Part shown: in pieces, positions 24,066-38,324 of the stretch | Position numbering within the stretch: position 1 is the stretch's first letter | How the letters are laid out: the number at the start of each line of letters is the position of its first letter | NCBI GenBank assembly: GCA_008632985.1 | Contig: QPGO01000261.1 | Span: 1-64,000, forward strand | From: Psammoneis japonica | Lineage: Eukaryota | Reading direction: 5' to 3' | Length of the DNA: 64,000 nucleotides | Translations under genes and position numbers: made by a program | The notes under the pieces: generated by a model | The model's input: only the letters and a program-made list of their open reading frames with translations | Databases searched by the model: none | Told to the model about the DNA's origin: nothing

Positions 24066-27000
24066 AGCAACTTGAAGCTGGCATCACAGGTGCGCTCCGG
24101 ACAAGCACACAGACCATCACCACGGCAACAACATGGAAAACTTGTCAAAAAACCACCAGAGCTGATGACGACATTGGCGTGGCAGACAAGGCATCTAAAC
24201 ATCAGCCGTTTTTTGGACCATTGCAACAGAAGCTCTGTCAGACCCACATCAGCACACCATTGCAATCATCCATTTGGAGACGCACATTTTGGTGAGAAAT
24301 GTTGAAACATGCCATTGCACTCCTTCATAACACCATGTTGCATGCAGATGATGCACCAACTTGCCATTTGCTGGATTTTTGGCACCCACTGAGTTAAAGT
24401 CTGAGTTTGTAAAAAGGCAAGCAAATTGAAAATCAAAATGGTGTCGTCAGCATGTCCAAGGCTCGCCACTTGTTGTCTCACTCAACTTTCTTGCCAGAGC
24501 AGCCAATTCTCGCTGTCTTTCCCAGCATGAGCACATTGACAAATCCAACATCATCATCACACAGTCAAGCCCATTTGAGTGGTCAATGGCATTGACCAGA
24601 TGAACATTTTTGAAGACTCTGACAAAGCAGCTGCGGTGCACTCAGCCAAGCATTTTTGAGCGGAAGAGAGTCAGGCGGATGGGAGTGAAAATGAAGAATG
24701 AAGTTGGCACATGGTTCAAGAAAAAAGCAGTGATGAAATGTTGACAAAACACTCTGATGCTGCTGTCACTCCACAGAATGATGAACAACAGCAAACAGAG
24801 CTCCTCCCTGGCTTGTGTGCACTCTAGATTGGTTGCAAAGACACAAACATCAAATCTGAAAATGGAAAAGTGTGGCTTGCAAATCAGTGCTCACGGATTG
24901 CTTCACCCATTTGCAGCATGAAACAGGGCAGACATGGTTGTCACGAGGTCAAAGACAAATTGGAAAGCAGAGCATTGCCATGAAATTGGTTTGTGATGAT
25001 GTTGTCATCCAGCCTTGGTGTCAAGAATGGGTCAATGTCAATTTCACCTCATCGCAGTGCAAGTCACGTGCATTGAATCCCATGGGACCCACTTGACTTG
25101 ACATTTTTGGTGGAACTGGCTAGACTTTGACCCCAGCCAGAGCCACAAAACACAGAAGACATGAGCATTGTTAGTCTCCCACCCTTTGGAACATTGTCTT
25201 GCAAGAACAAAACAGGCATGCATTGCTCATGGTGTCAGGCATTTGAAAATGGAGCTGACATTTTGCGGAGCACCTTTGTCACACGTGAAAGTGCAAGGGA
25301 CAATTTTCAGTCATGGCTCTGCAGCCAACGCAACCCTCTGCTTGCGACCCCAAAAGTCATCGGGAGCTTTGCACCAGCACGACATCAGTCAGCTGGAAAT
25401 GCACCTTGGCAAAAAATGGGGGGTTTTGTGATCACATGTGGAAGCATGGCATTGGGGCCCACAGCTGCCAGGCATCTGTTGTGCATTGTGAGTTTGAAGT
25501 TTGTGTTGACAACTTCTGGGCACCCCGTGTCTGCTGCAAGCAGCCAAGGCAAGTGTGACAAGCAGCACAGGAAGCCCCACAGGATTCTCTTTTGGCACAC
25601 CAACTTGCTGGTTCAACGCTCACTCCAAAGAGTTGCCGGCACTGCATTTGGTGCCCAACAATGTCAACACTCTGCTTGCAGTCAATTGATTGCTGCAAAC
25701 CTGCACAACAAGTGGCAGAGGAAGCAGCAGACCCAACAGCTGAGGTGAAAGATGTGGTTGTGGAAGAGACAACAAGAGCCGCTCACAGGCCCTCTGACCC
25801 AAAAAATGAAGCCAATGCCAAGAGCCACTTGCAGCCTGAGAAGAAGTTCCGTCCTTCATCACTGAACAGCAACACTCACAATGCAACATGCAAAGCTGTC
25901 AAAGAGAAGATCATCCATCAGCACATGCAGAATGTTGCAGATGGCATGATCTCAGAGCTGATGTCTGCAAACACTGTCAACCACACTCTTTTAAGTTGGG
26001 CAAAGCATTGAGGCTGTCAAGGAGCAAACTCAAACTGCTGCACTCTGCCTGCCATGCAGATGACACCCAGGTTGATGCGCGAGCACTCAATGATCAAGAA
26101 CACTGCCGCAGCAAACACGCGCCCCCACAGAAGGAAGGAATCTCTGATGTGCACAGTCCACACAAAGTTGTGCAATGAAAAACCTTGACCATGACAAGCA
26201 CTTCAAGTTCAGCACCTTCAGCTCATTTGTCCTGTCTCACATTGATTCAACCCAATGAACACCATGGGCACATGTGCAGGCTTTGAAGCAGAGTTGCAAC
26301 AACGGACATGAAGAAGTGCTCACGGCCACTCCAGAAAACAATGGTGCGTTTGAGTTGTGACACACAGCCAGCCCATTTCTGTGGCTGCTCAACAACACAC
26401 AATGATGCACATGACATCAGAGCTCCTTGTTGTGATGGTTTTTCATTGTTTTCATGGATGATTGAGCAATTGCTCAAACTTGCGCACCACAAGTTTGAGC
26501 AGTCTTCTGAGTTTGAGCAAATGGGCAATGCAAATTTGAGCAATTTCTCAAACTTTTGATGGCAAAAGCAAAGACCAGAACTCTCAATCATGGCCGTCAA
26601 GTCTTGCTTGGTGTGGGCTTCACTGCAACTCAACACACAGTTTGGCGCCAAAGCACAGCTTTCCGCCCCAGCTCCATGCTTCCACGTGCAAAAATTGACC
26701 CCCTGTTTTTAACCAAATGCCCACCTTGATTGACCAACAGCACACAGATGTGAAGTTCATGATGCTTTTGGGGTCCCAGAATGGGGGTGAATGTCAGTTG
26801 CTGGCCAATCACTGAAAATCGTCCCCCCACACTTTCACGTGCAACAAAGGTGCTCCATGAAAAGTCACCTCCATTTTGAAATGCCAGATGCCATGAACAG
26901 TGCATGCCTGTTGCATCCTTGCGCAAGACATTGGGTTAAAGAGTGGCTGTGAGACCAATGATGCTCACATGTTGAGCATTTTGTGGCTCCAGCGGGGGTC

Positions 27001-28400
27001 AAAGTCAAGCCAAAACTTCCAAAAAATTTGAGTTGAGAGTGGGTCCCACAGGATTCAATGCTTGTGACTTGGAGTGTGAGTTGACCCTTTCTCAACACTG
27101 AGACAGACAACAACAACATCACAAACCAATTTCATGGCAACACTCTGCTTTCTAATTTGTCTTTGACCTCATGACAACTGCACTTGACCTCTTGCAAGAA
27201 AGTTGAGTGACGCAACAAGTGACGAGCCTTGGATGCATTGACGACACCATTTTGATTTTCAACTTGCTTGCCTTTTTACAAAGTTGGAGCTCAACTCAGC
27301 AGGTGCTGGAAATCTGGTTGGTGGTGGGTGCATGAAGAATTGTCGTGCAACGTGCCATCACGACAAGCAAAAGGGTCCCACAGGATTCAATGCTCATGAC
27401 TCAGAGTGTGAGTCAACCCTTTCTCAACACCGAGACAGACAACAACATCATCACAAACCAATTTCATGGCAACACTCTGCTTTCCAATTTGTCTTTGACC
27501 TCGTGACAACTGCATTTGACCTCTTTCATGCCACAGACAGGCCAAGCAATCCATGAGCACTCATCTGCAAGCCACACTTTTCCATTTTCAGATTTGACGC
27601 TTGTGTCTTTGCAATCAATCTAGAGCACATGCAAGCCAGGGAGGAGCTCTGTTCACTGTTGTTTGTCATTCCACAGAATGACAGCTTCAGAACATTTTGT
27701 TGACATTGTTTGACTGCTTTTTTCTTGAACCACACACCAACTTCATTCTTCATTTTTGCTCCCATCTGCCCGACTCTCTCCCATTCAAGAACACTTGGCT
27801 GAGTGCATTTCAGCTGCTTTGTCAAAGTCTTGAATGAGATTTGTCTGGTCAACAACATTGCTCAAATGGGCATGATGACGTGACGATGACATGATGACAA
27901 CGTTGGATTTGTTGATGTGCTGATGCAATGAGAGTCGGCTGTGGCGGCAAGAAAGTTGAGTGAGACAACACCAAGTGGTGAGCCTTGGATGCATTGACAA
28001 CACCATTTGATTTTCAATTTACTTGCCTTTTTACAAACTTGGAGTTTAACTCAGCGGGTGCTGGAAATCCGGTTGGTGGTGGGTGCGTGAAGAATTGTCA
28101 TGTGACATGCCGTCACAACAAGCAAAAAGGCATGTTTCAAAAATTCTTGCTAAAATGCTTGTCTCCAACTGGACTTTTACAATGGTGCAACGTGTGGAGT
28201 CTGACAGAGCGACAGTTGCAAATGTCAAAAAATGATGATGGTTTAGACACTTGTTGAAGCAATGCAATTGTCGCCATTGTCGGTGAGAGATTGGATCAAT
28301 TTCCCCACGTTGTCACCACGGCGACAGTCTGCACACTCATCCAGAGCACACCTGCCATGCCAGTTTGGAGTTGCTCAAGGCCTGGGTCTCACAGCAGCTG
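24045..28400. repeat. Large diverged inverted repeat (arms ~24045-25460 and ~26660-28400; internal duplications in the right arm)
   Basis: For example, 24045 CAGCTGTGAGACCCAGGCC matches the reverse complement of ~28378-28400; 24780-24900 matches the reverse complement of 27545-27660; 25080-25460 matches the reverse complement of 26660-27060. Confidence 0.85.
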
Positions 28401-29894
28401 TTGATGCTCAATGATCACAAAGTGGTGCCTCATTTTCAGTGCACTCATTTTTCTCAAATGGGTGTTCAGCACCTCCATTGACACACACACATCAGCAATG
28501 CAGCTGTGACATTGAGTGGCTCAGGGTGGGATCACTGCACAGCAGACAGCTGTGTGGGCTGAAGAGACACTCTGCCTTCCCATCTTGCTCTGTCTGGCAA
28601 GGACTGACTGTGCACCATGGTCCATTTTCTGCAGCCGCACCCTGACATTGACCCGTCCAGGGCAGGTTTTCTCAACTGAGAAATGTGGCTTGCTGCAAAT
28701 GCCTCATTTCAATGTGATGCAACTGCGTTGTTGTGGGCTCTTCCAACAGGACTTCAATCTGGCACAACATGGCGGAGCAGCACAACTTTGCAAACATGCC
28801 AGGCATGTGAGTTGCACAGTGAATTTCTGCACCACATTGGGCAAGCCTTGAAAGGGCCTTTTCTTCAATGCATTTCACAATTGACAAAGCTTCAAAATCT
28901 GTTCATTCATCCAAGAGCAACACCAGAGCAGGAATCCTGCCATTGTCTGAGCTGCAGTCAAGAGCTGGCAAGATGCTGTTTTGAGACCAGCAAAAGCTTG
29001 AGGGGTGTTCACAACATGATGGCATCATCTGGTGCCATGTTGCAGATTGTGCCACAAACACCACTGCTTGTTGAACACATGTCAGCTGTCTTGCAGCACC
29101 ACCATGCAGTCTGACAATTTCTTTCAAAATTTTGTTAAGTGATCGCCGCAAATCAGTGCTCGCAGGTTTTGATCTGAATGAGTGGGTTTTCCTTCTTGAG
29201 CTCAAACTTGACCTGATGCAGGTGTCTCAGCTCTCACCACAAGGTTCATTGGGGCAGATTTGCCACTCAACAAAGCTCCAAGCAGGAGCATCATTTGGGC
29301 TTGAACACAGAGTGAAACACGCAGTGGATGGCAAACTCTTGCTTGGGTGCCGACAAAAAGAGGGTGCAGAAAAGAGTCAGAGGGCACAAGAGAGGGGGGA
29401 CACTTCATCAAGCTTTGCCAAAGCAGGTTGAAACTTGATGTTGTGGGGTGCCATTGCAATGAGTGCATCCGTCATGAGACAGCACAACCAGCCAAGAAAG
29501 AGGAGAAGCACTCTGAGAAATCGACTTGTCATTGTGAGTTGAAGTGACCCTTTCATGAACTTTGCTTGCAGTGCCTCCACATCATCACTTCCTCCTTCCT
29601 TGACTCTTCCAGAACATGTGAATGTTGCTCTCTTGAGAGTTGGTTAGAAGATCAACATCAACAATGACGACATTGCCACGACAGCACACAACAACACAAG
29701 AGAAAACTTTCACATGGCACGAATGCTGACATGCCACAGCTGCTGCTTGCTTCTGTGCAGGGCTTGTGCTGGCTTTCACCTGGACATGTGTTTTGGCATG
29801 CAGATCGATTTCTGGTGCACCTCACACTCTGTTGCGTGTCACTGTTGCATTGCACTGCTCTTCTTGATGCTGTTGTTCGCACACGGCATCCACC

Positions 29895-30150
29895 ATGGCC
29901 AGAGCACACAAGAAGACGGAGCTTGTCCCTGCATCAATGCATCTGACTTGGCTTCAGGACAGCATGCTGGAAGCATTGTGAGTCTTGTCAGGACAGTTGA
30001 ATCCTTTGACGGAAACACGATTCAATTGCGATGCTCCGACGGCGGCACGGCACTTGCCATTCCCGATGCCGCAGCTGACTTTGACATGCCAGCCAGAGCC
30101 AAGGTGGAGTTGATTGGTGCCACTCAAGCCAAGAGTGGACAGCTTTCCAA
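29895..30150 (+). pseudogene. RPA3: RPA3 (RPA14 ssDNA-binding subunit)-like relic
   Basis: DGACPCINA..GQHAGSIVSLVRTVESFDGNTIQLRCSDGG..KVELIG resembles the RPA14 OB fold once Cys/His are reverted (DGAYPRINA, GQYAG). The nearby ATG is out of frame. Confidence 0.6.
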
Positions 30151-31631
30151 GTTTCATTTTTGGCATGCCAGTGGGAATTCAATGTGTTTCTGCATGTGAC
30201 AGTTTCTCACACATGCGCACAAACATCATGAACTCTGCGAGCTCCAACACGAGAATGACACAAAGCACAAAGAGTTTGCAAGAGAGCAAACAGCATTGCC
30301 AACACACTGTGAACGTAAAGCAAAAATGCCAAAACATTGTTGTTGCATGACACACAGATGGTTGGTCTGTCGACAGACAAAACAAATTGCCTTCAAAGCT
30401 GGTCAGAAGCTTCGGTGGACTTTGCAGCTGCTTGCATGCAGTTGGGTCACAACAGAGGCCTGCGTCACCCACTTTGAATCATTCTCAAATGACAACCACA
30501 GCCAACTCCTCCACCAATGTTGCTGACACCTTCTCTGTCAAGTTGCCATTCAACTCAACAAATGCTCTCTGCAGCAGGAGAGCAAATGATGAGACTTCTG
30601 GCTCGTCCACCAAGATGACAACGTTGCTGACTGGACAACTCTCCAGCATTTTTATTTCAGTCACAGATTTGTCGTGTGACTGGTCAACATCCACAACCAC
30701 AAATCTTTTTGGAAGTGTCGCTTGTTTTGCACCCACAAAGCAGAGCCCTCTAAACTGCTGCTGCTGCATGGAGAAAAGGAGACAAAGCAGCCAGCCACAG
30801 TTCCTGGATGAGCAACCTTTTTTCAGAACAAGTCCTCCTTGGGACATCAGGCTAAACTCACTGTCATGCCACCAACCCCAGCTCTGCTGAGTCATCCACA
30901 CCAGTTGTGTTTGCCACAGTGCTACCAAAGCAACTTCCAATGGGGCCAACGTGTCATTTGCAGCTCTTGCATCCACAGAAACACATTCAGGGTGTGGGGC
31001 TGTGACCAGCATAAAATGCAATGTGATGCATGCAATGACATGTAAAAAACATTTTTGTGCTCCACACATGCGGAATGTCTCTTTTAACACATGATGACTG
31101 CATGTGACTCTTTGTGTAGAATTTCTGCCTGCCTGCGTGCTCAGGGAGAAATCACAAATGTTCAACGTAGAGTGTCTTTCTTTCAAGTAAAAAATGTTGT
31201 GGATGCAGATCAAAATTTTCTCTTCTTTCACTCGTGCATGCTGTCACAAAATGACAATCGGTGCTGCATCAATCATCTCTCGTCATGCATCTCCACAACC
31301 ACTGCACACCACACCCAGAGCCGTCCAACCATGTTTTGCAGACGACTTTGCATGACACATTGATGTGGTGCAAAAAGGTGACACAGGTGCATTCCAAGGA
31401 CAAGCTTTTGTGTTTTCTTGCACTGTTTCATTTTCATTGCTGTCTCACAGAACTTGCCATGCTCAATGTGCACGTGAAAAAGTGATGTGGGCTGCTGCTG
31501 CTGTTGTGAATGAAGTGCCACATCATTGATGTGGCAATGCATGGCAAAGCCAGTCACGAGCCACGCCTTCCTCTTTGTCATTCACTCCCCTTTGAAATGA
31601 CAACAAGCCATGCCTTCCCCTTCATCATCAC

Positions 31632-34600
31632 TCATGCCCCTGTGTCACCTGGCGCTGTCTTGCCCGCTGCGAGGTCCCGCTCCCAAGACACCAACTCTTG
31701 TTCCCATTTGCTCATGTGCAAATCCCATTCTTCCTTGGTGATGGTGACTTCGTTTTTCTCCAAGCGCTTCAGGAGCTCCTCTTGGGTCCCACTTGTTGGC
31801 AGTCCTTTGAATCGAAGCACCATTTTCATGATGTCAGTTGGTGGTTTTTTAGATGCCAATCGAACCACATCCCAACATTCCCCAGACTTCTCCTTTCTGG
31901 TCTTCTCTGCATCAACAATCCACATTTTGCGCTTGTTTTTGATTTGTCCTTCAAACCGGGTGATGGCCTCTGCGGTCTTCTTTGCGTCTTGCTCTTGCTG
32001 AAACTTGAGCATGCCCAAATGAGTGGTCACTGAATCAACTCCACACTTTTGTTGTGGAACCCCCATTCCTGGTCCCTTGGCCCAATTGGATGTGTCTTTT
32101 GCACCTCCCCTTGTTGAAAAAAACAAATCTGCAACAGCTTTCTGCACAAAAATGCTCATGGTGCCCTCTTCACACCGAGACACCACCACGTCAATGGGGT
32201 CCACTGTGCCATCAACGTCAGTCTCTGCTCTGTCCACAAAGGTGGCCTCGAGCAATGAATGAGATTTGACAACGACTCTTCTGCATTCTGCTCGTACGTT
32301 GAGTTGCTGCCATTGATTTTGTGTTTCACAATGATTTCCTCGTGTGCACGCCGGGCAAGTTCCTTCAGGGGGTGCTCGATCGCTTTTTCTTGAAACGCAT
32401 GAAAATGAAGAAAATGGCGCATCAAAGAATGAACTTGTGCATGCAAGAGAAGCAACATCAAATGTGAAATGCACCATTGCCACTGCCTTTGCCATGTGGC
32501 TCCGTTCAACTGCAGTCTCTCAAGCTTTTCTTGCTTTGGATTGAAGCAACTTTCTTTTTTCCTCGTCTGAGATGACCGCTTGAGGGCGCTGCACTTTGTG
32601 CTCTTCACTGCAAGCAAAAGCTTCAATGGAAAGACCCTTTGCTCCTTCTCCAGGTGCAAACAGCAGAAATTGGTCTTCTGATTGCTTTGCAGCAGTGGAC
32701 TCCTTGCCATCTTGGGTGCGAAACTTGATGGAATCACACAGCACGACATTGTGGAGGACATTGACAATTGTTGATGCTGCAACCTCTTTCAGATTTGATG
32801 GCAAAGATGGCTTTGTGTCAATGGGCTTGTTGGAGCAAACAAAATGGCGCACTTTCATTGCTGCGACGTGTGCTTCACCAAGCTGCTCCCTGATGCAATC
32901 CTTGAGACTCTCGGGGTTTTCTCTGCACCTGAAGAACTCGCCCGTCTCCTCATCTCTACAATTGACAAGGAGATTCAACAGCGCGTGCGACCGTTCAACA
33001 AAGCCATTGTCCATGCTCAAGGACATTGGCTGGCCGCAGATGAATGCCTCATTGGGTGCGATGGCCTGAATCCAGGACTTTTCTTGGTCGGTGAGTGGCT
33101 CCCGGTCAACGTGAACACGGGGGCACCAAGTGCACGGCTTGTCCTTGTGTGGGCCACCAAACTTCTCTTGTGCTGCCCTCTGCTTTTGGACATGGAATCG
33201 TCCCAAGGCAAGTGTGCACTCCCAGCCTTTGCAATGAGGGTTGAGAGGGTGCAACCCGGCAAACTCCATGCCTGACATGGCCTTGTTCTTGCCAGTGGGA
33301 CCATCCATGCTGACCCTTTCCTTGTCAAAGAACTTTGTCAGGCCTGACCAAAGCACTTGATTTAACTCAAGCTGTCCACTTGACTTTGCCACAACATCCA
33401 TTCCCAACAAACCACGAATTTCCTTTGCTGCATCAGCACAACAACAGTGGATCAAACAGTTGATGCCTTGGTCATTTGGTTGACCAAAGAAGCTGGCCTA
33501 GGATGGAAGAAAAATTGGGTGCACATCATGCCTTCTAAGAAACCTCATGAATGCCTTGGAAAACCCAGAGCCATGTCCATCAATGACAAGTGTCATTGGC
33601 AGCTTGGACATGTCTCCAGAACCCAGTTGACAGACACTCGGGTCTGCAGTCTCCACCAAGTGCATTGCATGCTCCATCAGAGTTTCTTTTGTCTGAGACC
33701 CGTTGTCAGAAATTGAAATGTGAATTCCCAAGGGGTTGTTTGCAGCTGTGATCTCGCCCTTGTGATTCTTCACAAAATCGAATGTCTCTTCCATGAATCT
33801 TGGTGGAACGGGCTTGCCCTTGACAGTTTCATCATTGATTTGATCAAGTTGCGTGGCTCTTTCCATCTTGTCTTTCGGGACGTCATTCTCTGCTCCATCA
33901 CAAGCCCAAATCACCTGGAAACCACACGGTCCTTTCTGACCATGGAGTGGAAAGTGGTGTGAGCCTGTGACAGTGCAGAACAATGACAACAGAAGGCAGC
34001 ATCAGCAATGACAGCAAAGGTTCGCATCTGACTGTTTGTCAATGCACGCACCATCAGCACAAGAGGTGGCAGTGACAGCACCATGACCTTTGACACTTTT
34101 ATTTCCTTCAGGAGCAGCAGCAACTTGCTGACACTTGTTGTTGCACCAAAACTCTTCAGATGCGAGTGCGTCACACGCATGTCCCAGTGGACAAAAATTG
34201 AGCTCACCCACATTGGCAATGCAGTCGGGCGACACATCTGCGAGCTGTTTCCAAGGCCAAGCTTCTGGATCTTGACAGTGCTGCATGTGGCAGCAGTTGT
34301 CAATTGACAAAAAGAAAGTGTTGCACATGATTCCTTGACATGCATCAAGTTTCTCAGTTCCAAGAGATGAAGACTTGCGCGCCCGGACCTTGTGTCACTC
34401 AAGGTGGTGAACCACCATTCGGCTCAAAACAGGCATGACGTCTTCAACATCAACCCGCAAAGAAATGACACTGTTGACACTTGCTTCCAGGTCTCTCTTG
34501 TCTGTTCCAGCACCTGCCACAGCGAATTCATCCATTGGTGAAAACACAAAGTGCTCTTCGGAAGCTGTGAGACAACCACGCAACTCTCCAGGTCTGCCAC

Positions 34601-35522
34601 CCCATTGCGCAACCATGCCATCAACCATTCTTTGTGCGGTGGGGTCTTCCCAATGTGTGCCTCATTCTTTGAAAGATGCCAGCTCACATTTGTTGCAGCC
34701 CGACTTGACTTTTGTTTGGTGGGTGCGACTGAGATTCATTTGAGAACAAGTGGCTGCAAAACTGTCCTGTCCGCCACGTGAATGATGTTCATCAAACTTG
34801 TCTTGACAAAAAAGAGCTTTGAGTGCATTCCAACAGTTCTGATCACTCAATCTGACGCAATCCCTTTTTGTGGCAGCAGCACTCCAGTCTTCATCGTCAA
34901 CATCCATGCCAGCAATGCTGCTGGCTCCATTGTGAATGACAGTGTGAATGGGTGCTGCTGTGTCCCGAGCACTTTGCATGATTTGAGAGTGCAGATGCAA
35001 AGCAGTGCTGGGAGGAGCAGACAAGGACTGACGGGGTGGTGGGGGTGACGGTGGAACTGGGGAGTTGCTTTGAGATGGCAAAGGGGAGACCCCACTCATG
35101 CTTGAAACTGATCCCAAATCACTGGGTGAGGAACAATGCTGCTGATGCTGCATCGAGCGAAACAACTGCACTTGCTGTGGTGGCGGTGTTGAAAACCTGT
35201 GCTGACTCGACTGTTGATGATGTCCAATTCGAAAAGCTGGGAGAGATCCACTTGGTGAAGAGTGTCACTGCTGCTGCTGCTGCTGCACGGGAGCAAAAGT
35301 GTTTTGTGTCACCCCACTTCTTTGTTGCTGCTGCCACTGCCTGAATCCAGCATTGTTCCCTCCCCATCTAAACGGTGGCGGCTGCTGTGGCCAATTCAAA
35401 GATTGAGGTCGAGGCAAGTCATGAAAAGGCAGCGGCGATGGAATTTGCAAGCAACTGCTGTGAGAATTGCTGTGAGACCCATTGTCGGCACAGAAAGTGT
35501 TGTTTTGATTTGAAAATGCCAT
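31632..35522 (-). mobile_element. Decayed pogo/Tc5-like DDE transposase gene with a downstream SAP-like motif; element ends not found
   Basis: SDNGSQTKETL..LVIDGHGSGF..HPIFLPS at 33989-33498 matches the DDE_1 pattern. MKMVLRFKGLPTSGTQEELLKRLE at ~31830-31760 matches SAP. All pieces are on the same strand. Confidence 0.6.
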
Positions 35523-36019
35523 TCCAACAATGCACCCAGAATGGCAGTCTTGCCTCGAAGCAATCCTCGAAGCTTCATGGCCGTGACCAAAGGGCCATTT
35601 GTGGCTCTGGACTTCTGGTCCTCTTCAGAAAGGAGGTGAGCTGAATCAACGGTCTTGCACCACCGCCTTTTGCTTTGTTCCATGTGGCTCAACAAAAAAG
35701 TTGATGAGTTGATGCCAACACCAGCCATGTCATTGGACAAAACAATGTCAAAATTTGAGAGCAATTTTAAATGGGGGACATCTGCAAAACCATCTGAATG
35801 ACAACACAAGCATCATTTTTTGAGATCAATTTGCGTGGGCAACACATGTGAAATCTGCCATTTGTTTTGGAAAGAGCCGTTGTCATCAAACAAAGGGGTT
35901 CATAAAATTTGATGCAAAATGTCTGACCAGTGTGACAGGCGCGTTTGTGCCAGTCACAGCCTCACAAGTCCTCCTTGGCCTCCAGCTGGCTCCACCGTCA
36001 TGCCACCACATTGAGAACT

Positions 36020-36770
36020 GCTGAGTCTAGACGTCTTCCATGCTGCACTGCCAAGGACACTTCAAATGGGGTCAACACATCATTGCAATTCCAACACCGA
36101 CCATTGTGCATCATGTTGATGGGTCCAACGGCATCTTTTTGTGGTGAAACAAAACCCTGCAACTCAGTCACGACTGGCCATTTTCTTGAACCAATTGTCA
36201 GCGACATTCTAAAACTTCATGGCAAGGGAGACATGATGTGGAAAGGCAGCATCAGAGCACAAACAATGCCGTCACATCATTGCCATCATTGTGAGTGCAG
36301 CATGCACGGGCAGGTCACCACAGAAATTTGAATGAGCGGATGGGCCCAACTGCCATTTGTCCAACGGCATCTTTTTGTGGCAAAACAAAACCCTGCAACT
36401 CGGTCATGACTGGCCATGGCTGAGTCTTCCATGCCACATGCCAACGTCACAATGCTGCTGAGGATGCTTCAAACAGAGTCAATGCATTGCCACAATTCCA
36501 ACACCAACCATTGCACATCATGTGGATGGGTCCAACGGCATCTTTTCATGGTGAAACAAAATCCCTGCAACTCGGTCACGACCGGCCATTTTCTTGAACC
36601 AATTGTCAGCGACATTCCAAAACTTCATGGCAAGGGAGACATGATGTGGAAAGGTGGCATCAGAGTGCAAACAATGCTGTCACATCATTGCCATTGTGAG
36701 TGCGGCATGCACGGGCAGGTTGCCGTGCAAATTTGAATGAGCGGATGGGTCCAACTGCCATTTCAGGCAT
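36020..36770. repeat. Tandem duplication, ~407-bp unit
   Basis: The block AATTCCAACACC..CATTTTCTTGAACCAATTGTCAGCGACATT..GAATGAGCGGATGGG occurs at ~36088 and ~36494; the copies differ largely by TG/CA swaps. Confidence 0.9.
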
Positions 36771-38324
36771 GTTCCCACCCCGACAATTTTGGCCACAAAA
36801 CAAATGCAATTTCGTTCTACACAAAATTCCTGCAGAAACTCTTGCACAAGAAAAATTGCACGTCTGTTTTCCATCCTTCAATTTACAGCCGCAATTGTCA
36901 GCAAATTACGATGACAGGTGTCGGTTGTCGCAAATTCTCTCCTGTGAATGTAATTTTCACGGCAAATTTGGCGTTTTGGGAGCTCGAACGTGCCACATCA
37001 CAAGCTCCCCATTTTTCTTTCTCCACTCCGATTGCACAACAACCATGATGGCTGCTGCTGTAAATGGACCCGTTCATGCACGAATGACCGTCCTGTCCAC
37101 GAAGGTGAGAATGTAGAGACAGGTTGGTGACACTGCGCTTGATGCGATCAAGTTGTCAGAATTGTGATTTTTTGTTGTTGTTGTGGCTTGTGATGACCAT
37201 GTTGACTGACAGCATTTTTGATGTCTTTCTTTCTCTTGCTCAGATTTCGCGTTGGGGGATTCTTCACAAACCATGCGTCTGCAGACTTGAGGCCGAATCT
37301 TCACAGCAATGTGTGATCTGATGTCACGTTGAGGGGGTTCTTTGGTGCATGCTCAAGGTTGTCACTTGATGGACTGTCACGAGTCAAGAACACAAGAATT
37401 TTGGTCACGTTGACGACAACAGCAAGGCTTGTGCTCCGTTGTGACAGAACACAACTGTGAAGAAGGCTGTGTGCACTCATTTCATCAATCTTGTTGCAAG
37501 TTTGGACAATGACGCTGGTGGGGGTCAATGTTTTGCACTGCGTTGTTGGCATTGTGCCTCACAGTGCCTTGCTCCATTGTCTGCAGCCCTTCTGTTGCTC
37601 TTTGAAATGGATTTGGGCCATTGGCAAACCGCAAGAGTTGAGAATGCTGGTGCCTTTTGGCACCTGACATTCTGCGGAAATTTCATTTGACAGTTTTGCG
37701 TGCTGCAGTCTCTCACTGCACGCCAATGTTTTTTTCTGCAACTCTTGCTGTTGACAGAGGATTGAACGTTGGTGTGTTTCTTCTGTCCTTCACTGGTGTT
37801 GTCACCAGTCTTGGGTTGCTGCAGAGCAAAATCGCAAAATGGGCAACGATTGTCCCTGACAATGTCATGGTGACTCTCTAGCTGGCAGCTCTCTAGAGCC
37901 AGCTAGCAGCAGAGAGAAGTGGTGTGAACAGTGCTGCAGCGTGGTGCTGCAGCGTGCAGCGTCCTCGCCGAGCTTGACATGAGATTTTGATCTTTTTTGC
38001 CGATCGAATTTGTTCCCAGCCTGACGCCCGTAAATGTGCAAATTTGGCCAAAACATTTGTTTCATGTCATGCGGCCGAAATTGTCAGGGTGGGAACGTGC
38101 CTCAGTGCAAACGCACGTAGAAACAACTTTGTGCTGGCACACCAAAAATGAACTTGGCAAGCTGTCTGCACATCTGTGAGCAACAAATGAAAATGAGAGA
38201 GGGGGGACGCGAGTGGTGCACACATTTTAGCTCACAACTCACTGCATTCTGCATTTGCCATTTGTTTTTTCGCGCAGCTTTTTTTGTTGCAAGAGACCTT
38301 GGGAGCGAGATGGACTTGGATTCC

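Noticed and set aside
30485..31231. 248-aa ORF as a host gene
   Set aside because: Part of it looks protein-like, but no family was recognisable after hypermutation.
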